Translations under genes and position numbers: made by a program | The notes under the pieces: model-generated | The model's input: only the letters and a program-made list of their open reading frames with translations | What the model was told of the DNA's origin: nothing | Databases searched by the model: none | Part shown: positions 1-14,700 of the stretch, piece by piece | Numbering within the stretch: the first letter of the stretch is position 1 | Layout of the letters: the number at the start of each line of letters is the position of its first letter | Assembly: GCA_030141605.1 (NCBI GenBank) | Contig: JAQGDQ010000519.1 | Span: 62,001 to 126,000, forward strand | From: Tubiluchus corallicola | Taxonomy: Eukaryota; Animalia; Priapulida | Length of the DNA stretch: 64,000 nucleotides | Direction: 5' to 3'

Positions 1-491
1 TAGCTTCAACTTGAAATTTTATTAAGTGAAGCAAAACACGAACAATTGCTTCAATTGTCTACTGTATCACATAAGTATTTCAGTGACCGGATTAGGAATG
101 TTTGTCAGGGTAAGGAAAAAGTGTGGTTCGAAACTCCAAACTTAAACTCCAGTTTTTTGTTTAAAATTTGTTCCACTGTTCAGAAATTTCTCTATAGCCA
201 TTTTGAAAGAAACAAAGCTAATATGTAGTTGTAATATTGTTAACAACTCTTGTATCTTACTGTTGGTTCAAATGAAGCAGAATTCACAGCTGCTTCTCAA
301 AAAGTAAATATCTATTATTTATTCGTAAACCTTGTACTGCTTATAATGCCACATTTTAGTCAACATAAATAGATTTGGCCTTATATAACACATTTTTTGG
401 GAACATAACATTTATTGTTCAAAATAGCGAATCTGAGAATTGCTATAGATACTAATGCTACCGTACAATTGAAGCAAAGTCTTCGCTTAAT

Positions 492-946
<455 letters not shown>

Positions 947-1036
947 GTTTACATAAATTAGTAATTTAAGTTCAATAAATATACTAATCTCAAATGATAA
1001 AAACAACGAATAAAGAAATATTTTAAATATTTTCAC

Positions 1037-2637
1037 CTGAAATGACTGTAGCCATTCCCACTTGTCTGTCTTCCAAAGCTGGCAGATTCGTGAGAAATCT
1101 TTCTGCAGATACTCGTTACCGTGAAGCAGTTCCCAACACTTGACAGCAGTTGTAAAACACTGTGCAACAAACAATCATTCTCAGCACAGCTGTTATGAAA
1201 TAGGAAGATCTTGGGTTCAACACCCAGCGGAGGTGCGAAATTTTTCAGACATTCTAATTTAGGGCTGATTTGTGAATTCATGTAATTCATACTATTCCGC
1301 AAGTACAAAATATTCACATTGGATTATCATGGCAACAGAAGTTTAAAAGAAACTGAAGGTTTTCTGTAAGTGAATCTAAACAATTACAAGAAGTTATCTA
1401 TCTTAGCTGGGCATCAGACTTAAAGAACAAGAAAAGGGATACCTGAAGTAGGTTTCAGAAAAATCGCCTTAAAAAATTATATTACTTTATAGCAATTTTA
1501 TGCGTATATCTTACTCGCACTGAAAGGAATTTTAGTTTGTTCTCATTTTAAATCTCCCGCAATACTGTTCCGAAGTCGATATTACATGACGTCATGTACC
1601 AAATGTAAATCAGGGGAAGAAAAGGCAATGTTAAATTATGTCTCGAAACACTTTCCGTGCAAATCTATATTACTTAGATTTTTGCTTACCTGCTAGAAAG
1701 ATTTATGTAACTAGAAAAGAAAATTATTAATTATTTAAAATGTTTTCACAAACTGATAAAATGTCGCTGACTCACCCTCCAGAGTGCACCACTCACTAAC
1801 CAAAAAATGTATTTTTAATCTTATTGACAAGATACAGTAATTTTAAATTTTATTTAGTTAGTGACGTGTGCGCTACAAATGCTCTGATTATTTTTTCAAA
1901 CTTTACAAAATGTTATCTAAACTTGTTTCAATTGACCTGTCCTGAAAATGGCTGCGTCTAACGGTCATCGCGGGAGTTTAAATTTACATGTTTTATACAG
2001 CGTGACTGCCGATCGAAGACCTGTACGCAAAAAGGCAGTACGTAAGCGATATAAAATTTCAAAACGAATTTTTCAAGCTTTGTGTTTATGAAGGGTTTTC
2101 TTGTGCTTTAAGCGGCATTTATGCAGCATGCAGATGCGGATGCATTTTCCATCTGCGGAACAGAAAGTGGAAAAAATCAATAGGAAATAGCTGCAGAAAA
2201 AGAATAACGCATCCGCACGCTACATAAATGCCACTTTATACATGTCAGACAACAAATTTGCGAATGTCTTTCTGCAAAAACAGTTTCTCATCATGAAACA
2301 TTAAATTAGCAAAAAAACAGGGACCAATAATACCTTACCGAAACAGTCTGTTGAGCAGTTGGACCTGTGTCACCGATGGTAACGTAAGTTGAATGCTCAG
2401 CCGATATCTTTCTTTTCTTGGCGTGTGGCTCATTCTGTTCTGATGATTCGTGAAGAAATCTGGTAAAAAAATCTGAATATCACAGGCAGTACGTATAGTA
2501 TCAGGCAATACCGGAAACCTTCATTGTGGGAATTTATTCTTCATCTGTCTGGAGCGGGCAAAACATGAGCATAGAAACAATGTAATAATAATAATAACAA
2601 TAAGAATAATAATAATAAGAGTAATAATATAATAATA

Positions 2638-2697
<60 letters not shown>

Positions 2698-2703
2698 GTA
2701 GTA

Positions 2704-2786
<83 letters not shown>

Positions 2787-5700
2787 AATAATAATCTTTA
2801 TTTAAAGTCGGCTTTTGGGTCAACAATTAACATTAGCTCAAAGAGCTATTATCGCCGACTGTAAATAACAACCTACAACTACATAGCAGAGACTATTATT
2901 ACCCCACTTTTACCCTAAATACCACGCGTCAGGCAGAGCAATAACAAGTACCATTTTTAAAGTCTTTGGTATGACCCGGCCGCTGGTTCGAACTCACGAC
3001 CTCCCAGACGGAAAGCAGACGCATTACCACTAGACTAAACCATCTGGTCTAAAATCGTCATTCTTTTCTAGCATTAAAATGCACTAGGTGAAGTTACTTT
3101 TTTGTATGTTTGTATTGCACATTTGCCACTTGTATATATATATATATATATACAATTGTATATATAATTGTCTCTTAAATCTGCTTTTATCCTGCCAGTG
3201 CACGGGCAGAAGTCCATTATATTTTGTGATCCATGACATCAAAAGCAGATCAAAGCATCGGAATCACTATCACAGTAATGCTGTGGATACAATACAATGA
3301 GCTTAACAATGATTTGGTACATTAATTTCAAAAATATAGGCAATGGCACAGTGCTTTGTTATTCTACAATAATATGCATGTTCCCAAATCATTATTATAT
3401 CATTAAATCCTATTAATCATTATACACACTAAAAGGTGAGTGAAACAACTGAGCAGTATTGGTGTGCAATTACTTACAGAAGTTAAGTAGTACTAAGCCT
3501 GGTCAGTAAACGGAAAGGCAACAAAAGAAAAATTGCTTCAAAGTGGTTTTGTTTGCCACACTATAGCAATAACCTACTTAGTTGCAACACAAAGACTGCA
3601 ACACAATCATCACAGCTGAAATACTTCTGCTGGTTGACATCTTAGAGGCGCTTATTCATTATAACTTACTAGGTTTCCGTCCTACTACAACTATCTATAT
3701 TAAGGTAGGCCCTGGGTCATATTGCTTCTGTTTGCTGTTTTGCTGACAAAAGATGCCTTTTTAATCATCTTCCAATTTTTTGCTAAAATTTAAAAAATAT
3801 TAATGATGCCCAAATACCGTACACTAAGCTAGAACATTTTTCGCTCACCCTTCAACAAGAATCCCGGGATGCGGAGAACCGCCCACACCAGATTCAAACT
3901 GACGGGGAAACAGATATGCATTGTACTGATGTAAACTGTGAAGAAAGAGAACCGTGGTGATGTACAGCAGCTCTTTTTGTCGTGACAATTCTCTACCTGC
4001 GGCCACGTCACCGTCCACTTCGTGCGACATGGCCAGTACCTGTGAAAATAAATGAAAAGATTTAAGTTCAGAGATGTTCTAGAATAGAAGACAACTTTTC
4101 CTGACTACTTTACCTCAGATCATCAAAAATCGCTCTGTAATTTTTTACATTATTATGACATATTATGACTCCATTATACATTCGCTTGCTTAAGTCTAAG
4201 AATTATGCTTGTGTTATAAAGTATATTTCAGTTGCCATTGTTATTATGTTTCTGTTGTGAGATTTTCATTTCAGTTCTTATTTCAGTTCAGTTTTATTTC
4301 AGTTATTTTCAGTTTGATTTTTTTTATTATGCACTTATTATTACTGTGTATGAATTGTACTAACACGTTATAAGCATATCAATTTAAAGTCATTCGTAAC
4401 AATTAAATTTTTATTATAAGCAGTACTAACACTAACACACTGTAGCATAGTGCTTATAAAAATGTTCATCACTAACCAAAGAGCAGCTCACTAGATGACC
4501 AATTGGCCTTTCGCTGCCCTTTCTTCACATTTTTGTTTCCAAATTAATTGTATTATAACCGTGCGTGTGTTACAAGATAAATAAAAAAGATTATTATTAT
4601 TATTATTATTATTATTTTCAAGATGTGAAAGTTAATTTCTGCATATAGACTTCAGCATCTCAGCTTTAAAGGTATTGAAATTTTTGGTGAAATCCCGCTA
4701 TGTTTGATTATTCTAAATCGTGCACCGGTCCTGTGAAACTGTATGATTCCACTTATAAACTGAAAATTTAAAAGAGTGGTCAGTATGGCAAACTTAAATG
4801 AATCACCAGCAGTCAGAAGATCTTAACTCATGTTCGGATTATTTTAATGACAGATTAAGATAAGTTGAGACTACGGCCAAATCACGTTGAAAACTCCGTC
4901 TGATCACTGAAGTTAAGCAACGTAGAGCCTGGTTAGTACTTGGATAGGTGGCTGCCTAGGAATACTAGGTGCTGTAGGCTTGCGGGATGCCCACACTGTA
5001 TCTCGACACTAGGTGGAGGAGCTGCACAAGCAGCCAACGACTAGAAGGCAGAGGAGGTCAGTGACCCAACGGCCATGTGAGTGGCCCCGAAGGCGGACCA
5101 GTGCAGCATGCTCACTGACTCCGACAGCTCCTGCAGCCAACCTGGTGCCAAACGTATCGCACCGCTTTCTTTTGGATTACACCAGCGAGGAAGAGAGGGG
5201 GTTCCTGTTGTCTGGGCAACTCAGGATCTCCATACACCTCGCCCAGGCGTGTGCCCTGGAGACGTTCGAGGATCGGATTGCTCAGCCACAGTCGACACTG
5301 CAGCTCCATCAATGTGATCAATAACTGACTCTCTTGGCGCACACTCCATTGTCTTCCGAGACAGAAGGATGCCAACCAAGATAAGTTGAAATGAACAAAA
5401 TGATGTTGCGTACAAATGAAAATTAAGCTGATTTTGCACTTAAACAGTCACAAATAATGGAGTGATCAAGTAACTCCATTCTTAGCCTGTTACCTAGTAT
5501 AGAAAGAACATATACTTCTACATACATTTAGAAGTAGAACGATCTTAGAAAGCAAGAATGTACATTTTAACACTGCGTCTGTTCTTGATAAATGAGGATG
5601 AGCTCATCGTTTCTTTATAAAGAAATTTTTGTTGTATTGGTCAGTCATACCTGTTGCCACAGACCTTCTTTGTTCATTCCAGTAGAAAAAACATCCCTCA

Positions 5701-8700
5701 GTTTCCAATGCGCCTTTACTGCTGCCAGTTCTGGAACAATGTCAACAAAAATATAAGCAAAAGAAACCTGACACTTCAGATGTTTTATCTCCCAAAACAG
5801 ACACATTAACTTGGAGTCTGACACTTCAGATGTTTTATCTCCCAAAACAGACACATTAACTTGGAGTCTGACACATCACCTGTTTGTCTCCCAAAACAGA
5901 CACATTAACTTGGAGTCTGACACATCACCTGTTTGTCTCCCAAAACAGACACATTAACTTGGAGTCTGACACATCACCTGTTTGTCTCCCAAAACAGACA
6001 CATTAACTTGGAGTCTGACACATCACCTGTTTCTCTCCCCACACAGACACATTAACTTGGAGTCTGACACATCACCTGTTTGTCTCCCAAAACAGACACA
6101 TTAACTTGGAGTCTGACACATCACCTGTTTGTCTCCCAAAACAGACACATTAACTTGGAGTCTGACACATCACCTGTTTGTCTCCCAAAACAGACACATT
6201 AACTTGGAGTCTGACACATCACCTGTTTCTCTCCCCACACAGACACATTAACTTGGACTCTGACACATCACCTGTTTGTCTCCCAAAACAGACACATTAA
6301 CTTGGAGTCTGACACATCACCTGTTTCTCTCCCAAAACAGACACATTAACTTGGAGTCTGACACATCACCTGTTTCTCTCCCAAAACAGACACATTAACC
6401 TGGAGTCTGACACATCACCTGTTTTTCTCCCAAAACAGACACATTAACCAAGTTACTTCACCCACATTTGTGACACTGAAAAGTCTCAATTCTGATTCTT
6501 TTCAAAAATGTATTTAGATTTGATGGTGACTTTTTTGTAAAAATTTCGTATTTTCTAAGGTTCTGCAACCACGCCGTAGTTTATATTCAACAACAAATAA
6601 AATAACAAATGATTGGAGAATATTATAATATACTATAATATATATTATAGTTGCTTCTTTTATCTCTTGTTTCAAATTTTCCTTTGAAAAAATAAAGAAA
6701 TTTACAAGCAACTGGAAACATAGCTTAATTTTATATTTTTTTAATTTTAAACATATTAAAGCATTTGCATTTCAATTGTAAATTTTAGTGCAGCTGGGTA
6801 AAACTGAAGTCTACTTTCACTGTTATTTCCTGTTGACAAAATATTAGCAAGGAATGGCATTCCAAATCTTTTCACTTCACTAGAAAACTTTGAAAATGTC
6901 AAATATAGCGACAAATAAAGAAGATTAGTTTTTGTTCTATATTGCATTTAAAATTGCACAATTTCTAGTTTTCATGCCATGTACCACACAGAATACAGTG
7001 TACATTTGTTTAATCTTGCATGTCCCAATATGTAGCAATGCGAAATAACCTTAATCTGTACTTCTAGCAAACAAAATGAAACATCTAGAATATATAAACA
7101 ATACTTGACTATCAATGATCACAATTTCGGTAGTTTTAATTATTTGAAACAAAACTAAAGATTGTTATTAAATGTTAAAGAATGACCCACATTATTGAAA
7201 CGTGCAAGTTTCTTCGGAATCCCGAAAATCACTCCACTTAATCATCCCATCACTACTTCTATTAGTGGAAGCGGTGCTGACAAGCCACCGGCATAGCGGA
7301 GTCTAGTTTTTTTTGCCAGATTAACTGCTGTGTTTACCAGTCTTAAGGGCAGATTTCTTTTATTTTAGAGTTCTGTCCGCCCAATGTCTACAATAGACGT
7401 AATGGGCATTTGATGATGATGATGATGATACTTCTATTACAGCAAGGAAAATCTACTAAATACAATAATGATATTGTAGAGGTAACTATTCACCTTTACA
7501 TAACTGTACATAAGATGTCATATAAATGTAGTTACCCATTAAAGTAAATAGACTTTCCCATGGTTTACTAACATACGAATCCTTCATTGTCAAGCCGTCA
7601 ATGCTGTTCTGACGTTTGTATGAAGTAGGTGACATTAAACCACTTGGTGACTGCACATTGCCAGTAGCTAAAATAAATACCCAGATAGTTAAAGCACAAG
7701 AAAACCCTTCACAAACATAAAGCTGAAAAATTCGTTTTGAAATTTTATATCACTTACGTACTGCCTTTTTGCATGCAGGACTTCAATCGGCAGTCACGCT
7801 GTATAAAACATGTAAATTTAAACTCCCGCGATGACCGTTAGACGCAGCCATTTTCACGACAGGTCATTTGAAACAAGTTTAGGTAACATTTTGTAAAGTT
7901 TGAAAAAATAATCGGAGCATTCGTAGCGCACAAGTCACTAACTAAATAAAATTTAAAATTACAGTATCTTGTCAATAAGATTAAAAATACATTTTTTGGT
8001 TAGTGAGTGGTGCACCCTGGAGGGTGAGTCAGCGACATTTTACCAATTTGTGAAAACATCTCAAATAATTAATAATTTTCTTTTCTAGTTACATAAGTCT
8101 TTCTAGCAGATAAGCGAAAATCTAAGTAATATAGATTTGCAAGGAAAGTCTTTTGAGACATAATTTAACATTGCCTTTTCTTCCCTTGATTTACGTTTGG
8201 TACATGACGTCATGTAATGGCGACTTCGGAACAGTATTGCGAGAGATTTAAAATGAAAACAAACAAAAATTCCTTTCAGTGCGAGTAAGATATACGCATA
8301 AAAATGCTATAAAGTAATATAATTTTTCAAGGTGACTTTTCTGAAACCTACTTCAGGTGCCCCTTTTCTTGTCCTTTAACATATACACCCACGCTTAAAA
8401 CTTGTTCAGTTATTTCCAGCATTTTAATAAGCTGATTTTAACTCTTTAAAGGCCATCATTCTTTGTCTTCATTGAGTCGATAATTGCAGACCAAATTGAA
8501 TATAATTGTTATTAGGCCCACTAATGTACACTACAATCACTCAAAACACAAAATTGAATCAGAAGCTCAAGTTATATGAATAACAAACAATCAGTTTTTT
8601 CTTTATTCAAACAAGATTTTAAGTTATCATTATAATTTTTCTTAATGAAATGCTACTAAGATAAATTAAAATAATAATAATTAAAGTTTAATATGACTCT

Positions 8701-11700
8701 TAATGCACAGATTATCCACGTATCTACAAGTCTGCCTGTTATTCTAAAAATAGATATGACTTCCATTCTTCAAGCACAAATTTACGCAATTTACATCACA
8801 CATTACTGAATTCACAGTCAATATAACACCCACTTCATATTGCCAACCTTGTTTAGCACCAATATTTTAGGCAAAACAAAATGCCTATATCAAAATAGAC
8901 ATGATTGTATCAATTCATCCTGTTCTCATGCCAAACTCACTTAATGCCAAGCTTTTTGCAGTCACAAAATAGGTTATCTAAAGAGGTGTAACTGTGCAAG
9001 AAAATTCTGAATCAGTGCACTTAAATACTGCATCAAAATGTCCACTATGAAATCTTTATTAGATCCTTCAAAAGAGTAAATACTTAAGCAGGATACCAAT
9101 ACCATTTTTGTGCACACAGAATGTACTTAGAATATAAATACCTTGAGTTGGTGTGGCCGGCCGTTGAGTTACGTAAATCACATAAAACTCTATGCTCTTC
9201 TGAATGAGTCGATACAGCTGTTTCTCGGTGACCGTCACATCGTGGTGTTTCAGAACAAGCGGCAGAGCGTCGCATACGAGCAACTTCCGATAGCAGTTCA
9301 CCGGACTGGGAAACTTCGCTTGCTTTTCAGAGCTGAGGAGATTGTCGATGCACTTCATGCCGTAGTCGGCAATTGCGGTGGGAAAAAATTGCATAAAAAG
9401 CATCATTAGGTAGCTGTGCGTTACCGTGTCCGTTGCCTTCTCTGCAGCCGTGAGAAGAAGCTTGTATTGGACCTATAATAATGCGATGAAAAGTTGTGAG
9501 ATGTGTGCTCCGACTTCTAGTAAAACTGCTGATTCAACACTGCCAAATTTAAAGGCAAACTAAACCCTCACTATAATATAAGTTATACAACTTAAAATCC
9601 TACTCTCATTACAAACATTCAATGTATTTTATTACGCACTTACTGTAAAACTTGTTACATTTGATTTTTTTATCACTTCGTTTTTAAATATGAAGAACTG
9701 CTATTTTTCGTTGTGCAAGACAAATGACGTTAAGAGTGCAGTCACAAAGTCACCAAAGATCGGTAAATAAACAACGGCAACCAAAAACACTTTCTGTACC
9801 TCGCACGTCATTTTCACTCACTTGCGCAAATGGCGTGAGACATGGAGATCTTTACGGCAATGCACGTGCTCGAAATTTGTCAGAAAAAGGTAAGTTATGT
9901 AAGTTTCTTTTGTTTAATAATAACTATGAAGTCTTAGTGCAATCATAATAATGCGTTAAAAAACTTCACTGTCTATTGGGGTTATATAGGCCTTTAAATA
10001 AAAGCAACTTCACACAGTCAGAAGTGAAATACATTCATAAAAATGTACTGGAAAAATAGCAGAATGGTGTAAATAAAATTATAGCTGTCACAATGAATGG
10101 ATAAGTTTTAGCACATTAAACCATTAATTTTACTTTAGCATTAGAATGCAAATTTTTATAACAAACAATAACAGCTATATTTACAATTCTTGCCGTGCGC
10201 TATAATGTTAGCCCTAGAAAGTTTATAAATTTGGTCATTATAAATATTGAGATGATAAAGCACGAAAAACCCCTCACTTATAAAGCTTAAAAAAATTGTC
10301 TTGAAATTTTATATCACTTACATACTGCCTTTTTACATACTGGTCTTCAATCGACAGTCACGCTGTATAAAACATGTAAATTTAAACTCCTACGATGACC
10401 GTTAGGCGCAGCCATTTTAATGGCAGGTCGTTTGAAACAAGTTTTGATAACATTTTGTAAAGTTTGAAAAATAATCAGAGCATTCGTAGCACACACGTCA
10501 CTAACTTAGTAAAATTTTAAATTACTGTATCTTGTCAATAAGATTAAAAATATGTTTTTGGTTAATGAGTGGTGCGCCCTGGAGGGTGAGTCACCGACAT
10601 TTACCAATTGGTGAAAACATTTTAAATAATTTAAAAATTTTCTTTTCTAGTTACATAATTGTTTGCAGCAGGTAACCGAAAAGTTAAGTAATATAGATTT
10701 GCATGGAAAGTCTTTTGAGACATAATTTAACATTGCTTTCTCTTCTCTTGATTTACGTTTGGTACATGACGTCATGTAATGGCGACTTCGGAACAGTATT
10801 GCGGGAGATTTAAAATGAAAACAAACAAAAATTCCTTCAATGCGAGTAAGATATACGCATAAAATTGCTATAAAGTAATATAATTTTTTAAGGCGATTTT
10901 TTTGAAAACTACTTCATATACCCCTTTTCTTGTCTTTAAGCTTACTACAAATTTTAATATTGTGATATAATACTTAAATGGTGCTGTCAATCAGACATCT
11001 GGCATTAGTCAAACTTCTGACACTCTACAGTTGAAAGCTGTCATCAGTTTTTTTTTTTTGTAATTCAACATTTGCAAGAAATATAACATACAGAATTAAT
11101 AAGTGCTGTAAAGCATCAATCCCGCATTCGTTAACTAAATTTATCAGACATCTGAATCAGCTACTGAAATGATTCTTGATAATAAGACCAGCTGCACAAG
11201 CATATGCCTGAATTTACATTAATCACTACCAATCTGATCCATACAGGCAGTGTATAGTCTCGATTTCATACAATGTACCTGTTTAGAGAGCATCTGAAAA
11301 ACATTCTGGTAAAAAATGCTGTTTGAATCACTAGCGCCATCTTGCAAAGCGGACGTAATATGCGTCACTTCCTGCCACAGCTGAGGCTCCTGAGAAAAAT
11401 TGTGCAGTAGCTGTTCCAGCTGAAATGCTGCCTGCCTGCAAAAATACACGAGCAACAATCAGCATTACTAATACTAAAGCATACTATAGGTTTTACATGT
11501 CAAATGTAAACATGCGTTTACTCAAATGTAGATTTAGGTAGTTCAGATGTGTTAACAATGGTTTTCAACAAATCTTAAGCGCTTTTGGTAAGTCAAATGT
11601 AGACACATGTCAAGTCAAATGTGACATTTGTATCTCAAATGTAGATAGGTGGTAAAGCTTAAGGATGTTAAATTTAATCTTCTTTAATTTCAATTTAATA

Positions 11701-14700
11701 ATTGCTCCTAAGTTAAAATAACAACGTTATAGGCCTACTGATAGATGCACCATCTGTGGTTTATCTTTTTCTAATTTGCGCTTAAATAACTTAAATTACC
11801 GATTTATTCAAAGTATTGCATCAACATTTGACTTACCTAAGTCACATTTGGGTTACCAAAACACATTTGAAATTCCTATGTCTACATGTGACTTACCTAA
11901 GTCACATTTGAACTTTCCTGTGTCTACATTTGACGTGTAAAACCTATAAAGCGATAACATGGACTGTCCACTGTATTTCTTCCCAACATGGTCAGTGTAC
12001 ATAAGACAGACACATATTCAATTCAGTGTTAGTGCACGTGAGATTTTACTTTGGACTGAAATTAGGTTTCAATTAGCATAAAACTTGAAACTTAAGCTCC
12101 TGCAGGATCTACTAGACGTAGCCATTTTAATAGCGGTCATCTGCCTAAGAAGAAGAAATGGAAGACAAACGGATTCATGCAGCAAGCCCGAAGCTAATAT
12201 AAAAAAATTACAACACAACAGTACTTGTTTGTAGCGCTGACTTACCGTGACTAGGTATAGTACACTACATAATTTTACACGGGGGCGTATTAACCAATAG
12301 GCTAAGTAGGCTACATTTTAGGTGCCCAATTATAACAAATTCTTATTCTACTCGGAAAATGTGTACCAGTTCATATTCATGTAAAGCAAGCACTGTATAA
12401 CACTCCACAGGCAGTTACTGAGGCCAGTTGTTATATATTTGTCATATAACGAACAAGTACAAGTTACTACACAACAAACAGTTGCTCAGCCTGATTTTAT
12501 ATAAATGCTGTTTGAATATGCGTAATTAACAATGACCATGTAGAAAATAGCTTAATAGTATTACTACATGTAATACACTGCAAGCAATTGCTAAATCTGT
12601 TCGGTACATAATCAATCATAAATTCATAATACAGATGGGCGGGACAGATCCATTAGTTTAGGGCATCCTGAAGTCTGGTTTTATAGCTAAAATTCGCCCT
12701 GGTTTTATAGCTAAAATTAATTGATTTTCTGATAATTACAAATGGAATGCCAAAAAATTCAATATATGTGTATGTATATATATATATATATATATATCTA
12801 TGCAAGTAGAATCCACGATGATATGAGGAGGAGTTACATTGTACAAGCACCTGATAAGGCTGTCATAGACACGTCTGGCACATCTGTCCACTACATCCAG
12901 TAATATGTTACTATAATGTAGCAAAAATAAGGTGCATGCCTAAAACTGCCCACCTGACAGAAATATGCCAGCTGTCTAAATTTGATATGGGTGTTGAAGA
13001 TTTGCTAGGCATTGGGCAAAATGAACAGCAGATTTGTGAAAGATTGGGACCGGGTTATTAGGACTGCATAAGATTACGTAAAATAATTTCGTAAAATGAA
13101 CGCTTTTCAAAACATATATTAAACATGACATTTCCCGCACCTTTATAAGAAAGTGAAATGCTCATAATACATCTACAAAATAAGAAGCTTAAATATATGT
13201 ATAAAGTAAATGTATAAGGTTAATAAACTTGTTAATAACAATTATTTAGCATCAGTAAAAAGGACCTATTAAACTATGTTAAAAGCATTAGATTATGATA
13301 GATAATTATGTTGATGAATGCTGGCATGAAGCCCAGTTAAGGAGTGGTGTCACGTGAGTAAGTGATTCAGAATCGAGGCGTCGAAGCTCCGTGCATGATA
13401 TATGAGCCTTGTGATGCGCCCAGCTGAGGAGATTGAGTCTGGGAGCTGAAGGAGAGCAGGCTAGATCAGGGAGCTTGGCATTACTATCTGTTATATTTAT
13501 TGTGTTTGATGTTCAATAAACGTGTAGTTTTATAATCTGACTCTTCATAGTTTTGCCATCCCTAAAACACCAATAATCAGCTTCACACAACCAATACAAC
13601 GATTTATTTTACTGCATCTAATTTACAGGTGCACAATTCACTAAAGTATTTGGCCAAAGGCACAAATTATTTAAATTTCAAAGAATTATCTTTCCTACTA
13701 GCTACGTAGGTTTTTAAGCGAGCTGCTTGCTGGCATAACATTATTCTGCATGTTTTAAATGTACTTTGAATGTAAATTTATGAATCTTCCATTTGATACT
13801 AAATTTTGACAGATATAGATAAAACACGCTAAAAACTAGAAAAACTAAAAAACTGAGGCTCTAAAATTATCTCTAAATCTACTGGGGAACCTAATGGTTG
13901 TTGCTGGTTCACTCATACTTTGGCTTTTTTCTATGTGTCCTAGAGTCTGTTTCTGTCAGATAAAAGTAGTGTTAAGGTCAGTTTCCGGCCTTAACATGTA
14001 GGTGGCAGCACCTATGTAAACTTACCTGTAATTTTACCAATGAAGTTGTAAATCAGGTTGAGCCTCACTAAACACGCTTACAGAAGCCTCAGCAAACGTT
14101 AAATAATGTTTAGATAAATTTTCAAGTAACTATTTGTAGCGTCTTTACCTAATTTGCTGTAAACCAGTATGACGTTCCAATGATGTATTAAGTTGTTATA
14201 GCCGCACGATGTGAGTAATATTTACTTTTTATTGTCTTAAATTATAATAATTAGATCCTTATACATTTGCAAGCAGTGAAAGCAGTCAAATTTATTATTT
14301 TCATTTTTTTTATATAGAGAAATAAAGATTTCTGAGAACACCATATGCTATGAAGGAAATTCTTTTGTGTTCCCGTCACAAGTAGATTTACCATAAAAGT
14401 TATAAAATCAACTATGTGTTAATTTTTAAAAAAGCAGCAGTAACACATTTTACTTTGTGAGATTCACAACTATTTAGCTGAGCTGTCCATCTATTTAGTT
14501 AATGTTGTGTTAGATGTAAAATGAAAAGGTAAGTAATGAGTAGGGTTACCATACGTCCGGGTTTCCACAGACACGTCCTCTTTTTCAACTCAGACAATAT
14601 GGTAACCCTAGTAATGAGCAAAAGTAAATTTACCTGGTATTGGAGCCACTTTTTTCTATGTTGTATGTTCTATGTTTTATTGTCTTAAATTATAATAATT

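Noticed and set aside
1175-1177. In-frame TGA upstream of INTS10 exon 8 as possible selenocysteine or readthrough
   Set aside because: A good acceptor (ttgttgcacag|TGT at 1159) in the correct phase places the TGA in the intron.
2521-2826. Poly-Tyr ORF
   Set aside because: Translation of the (ATT)n SINE tail.
5013-5439. Short GC-rich ORFs repeated at 29601-29826 and 34107-34587
   Set aside because: Chance ORFs in SINE bodies; frames and lengths differ between copies because of indels.
5768-6449. CRISPR-like regular repeat (also 56578-56972, 44052-44338, 51478-51801)
   Set aside because: Contiguous tandem units with no unique spacers, no cas genes, and a eukaryotic intron context.
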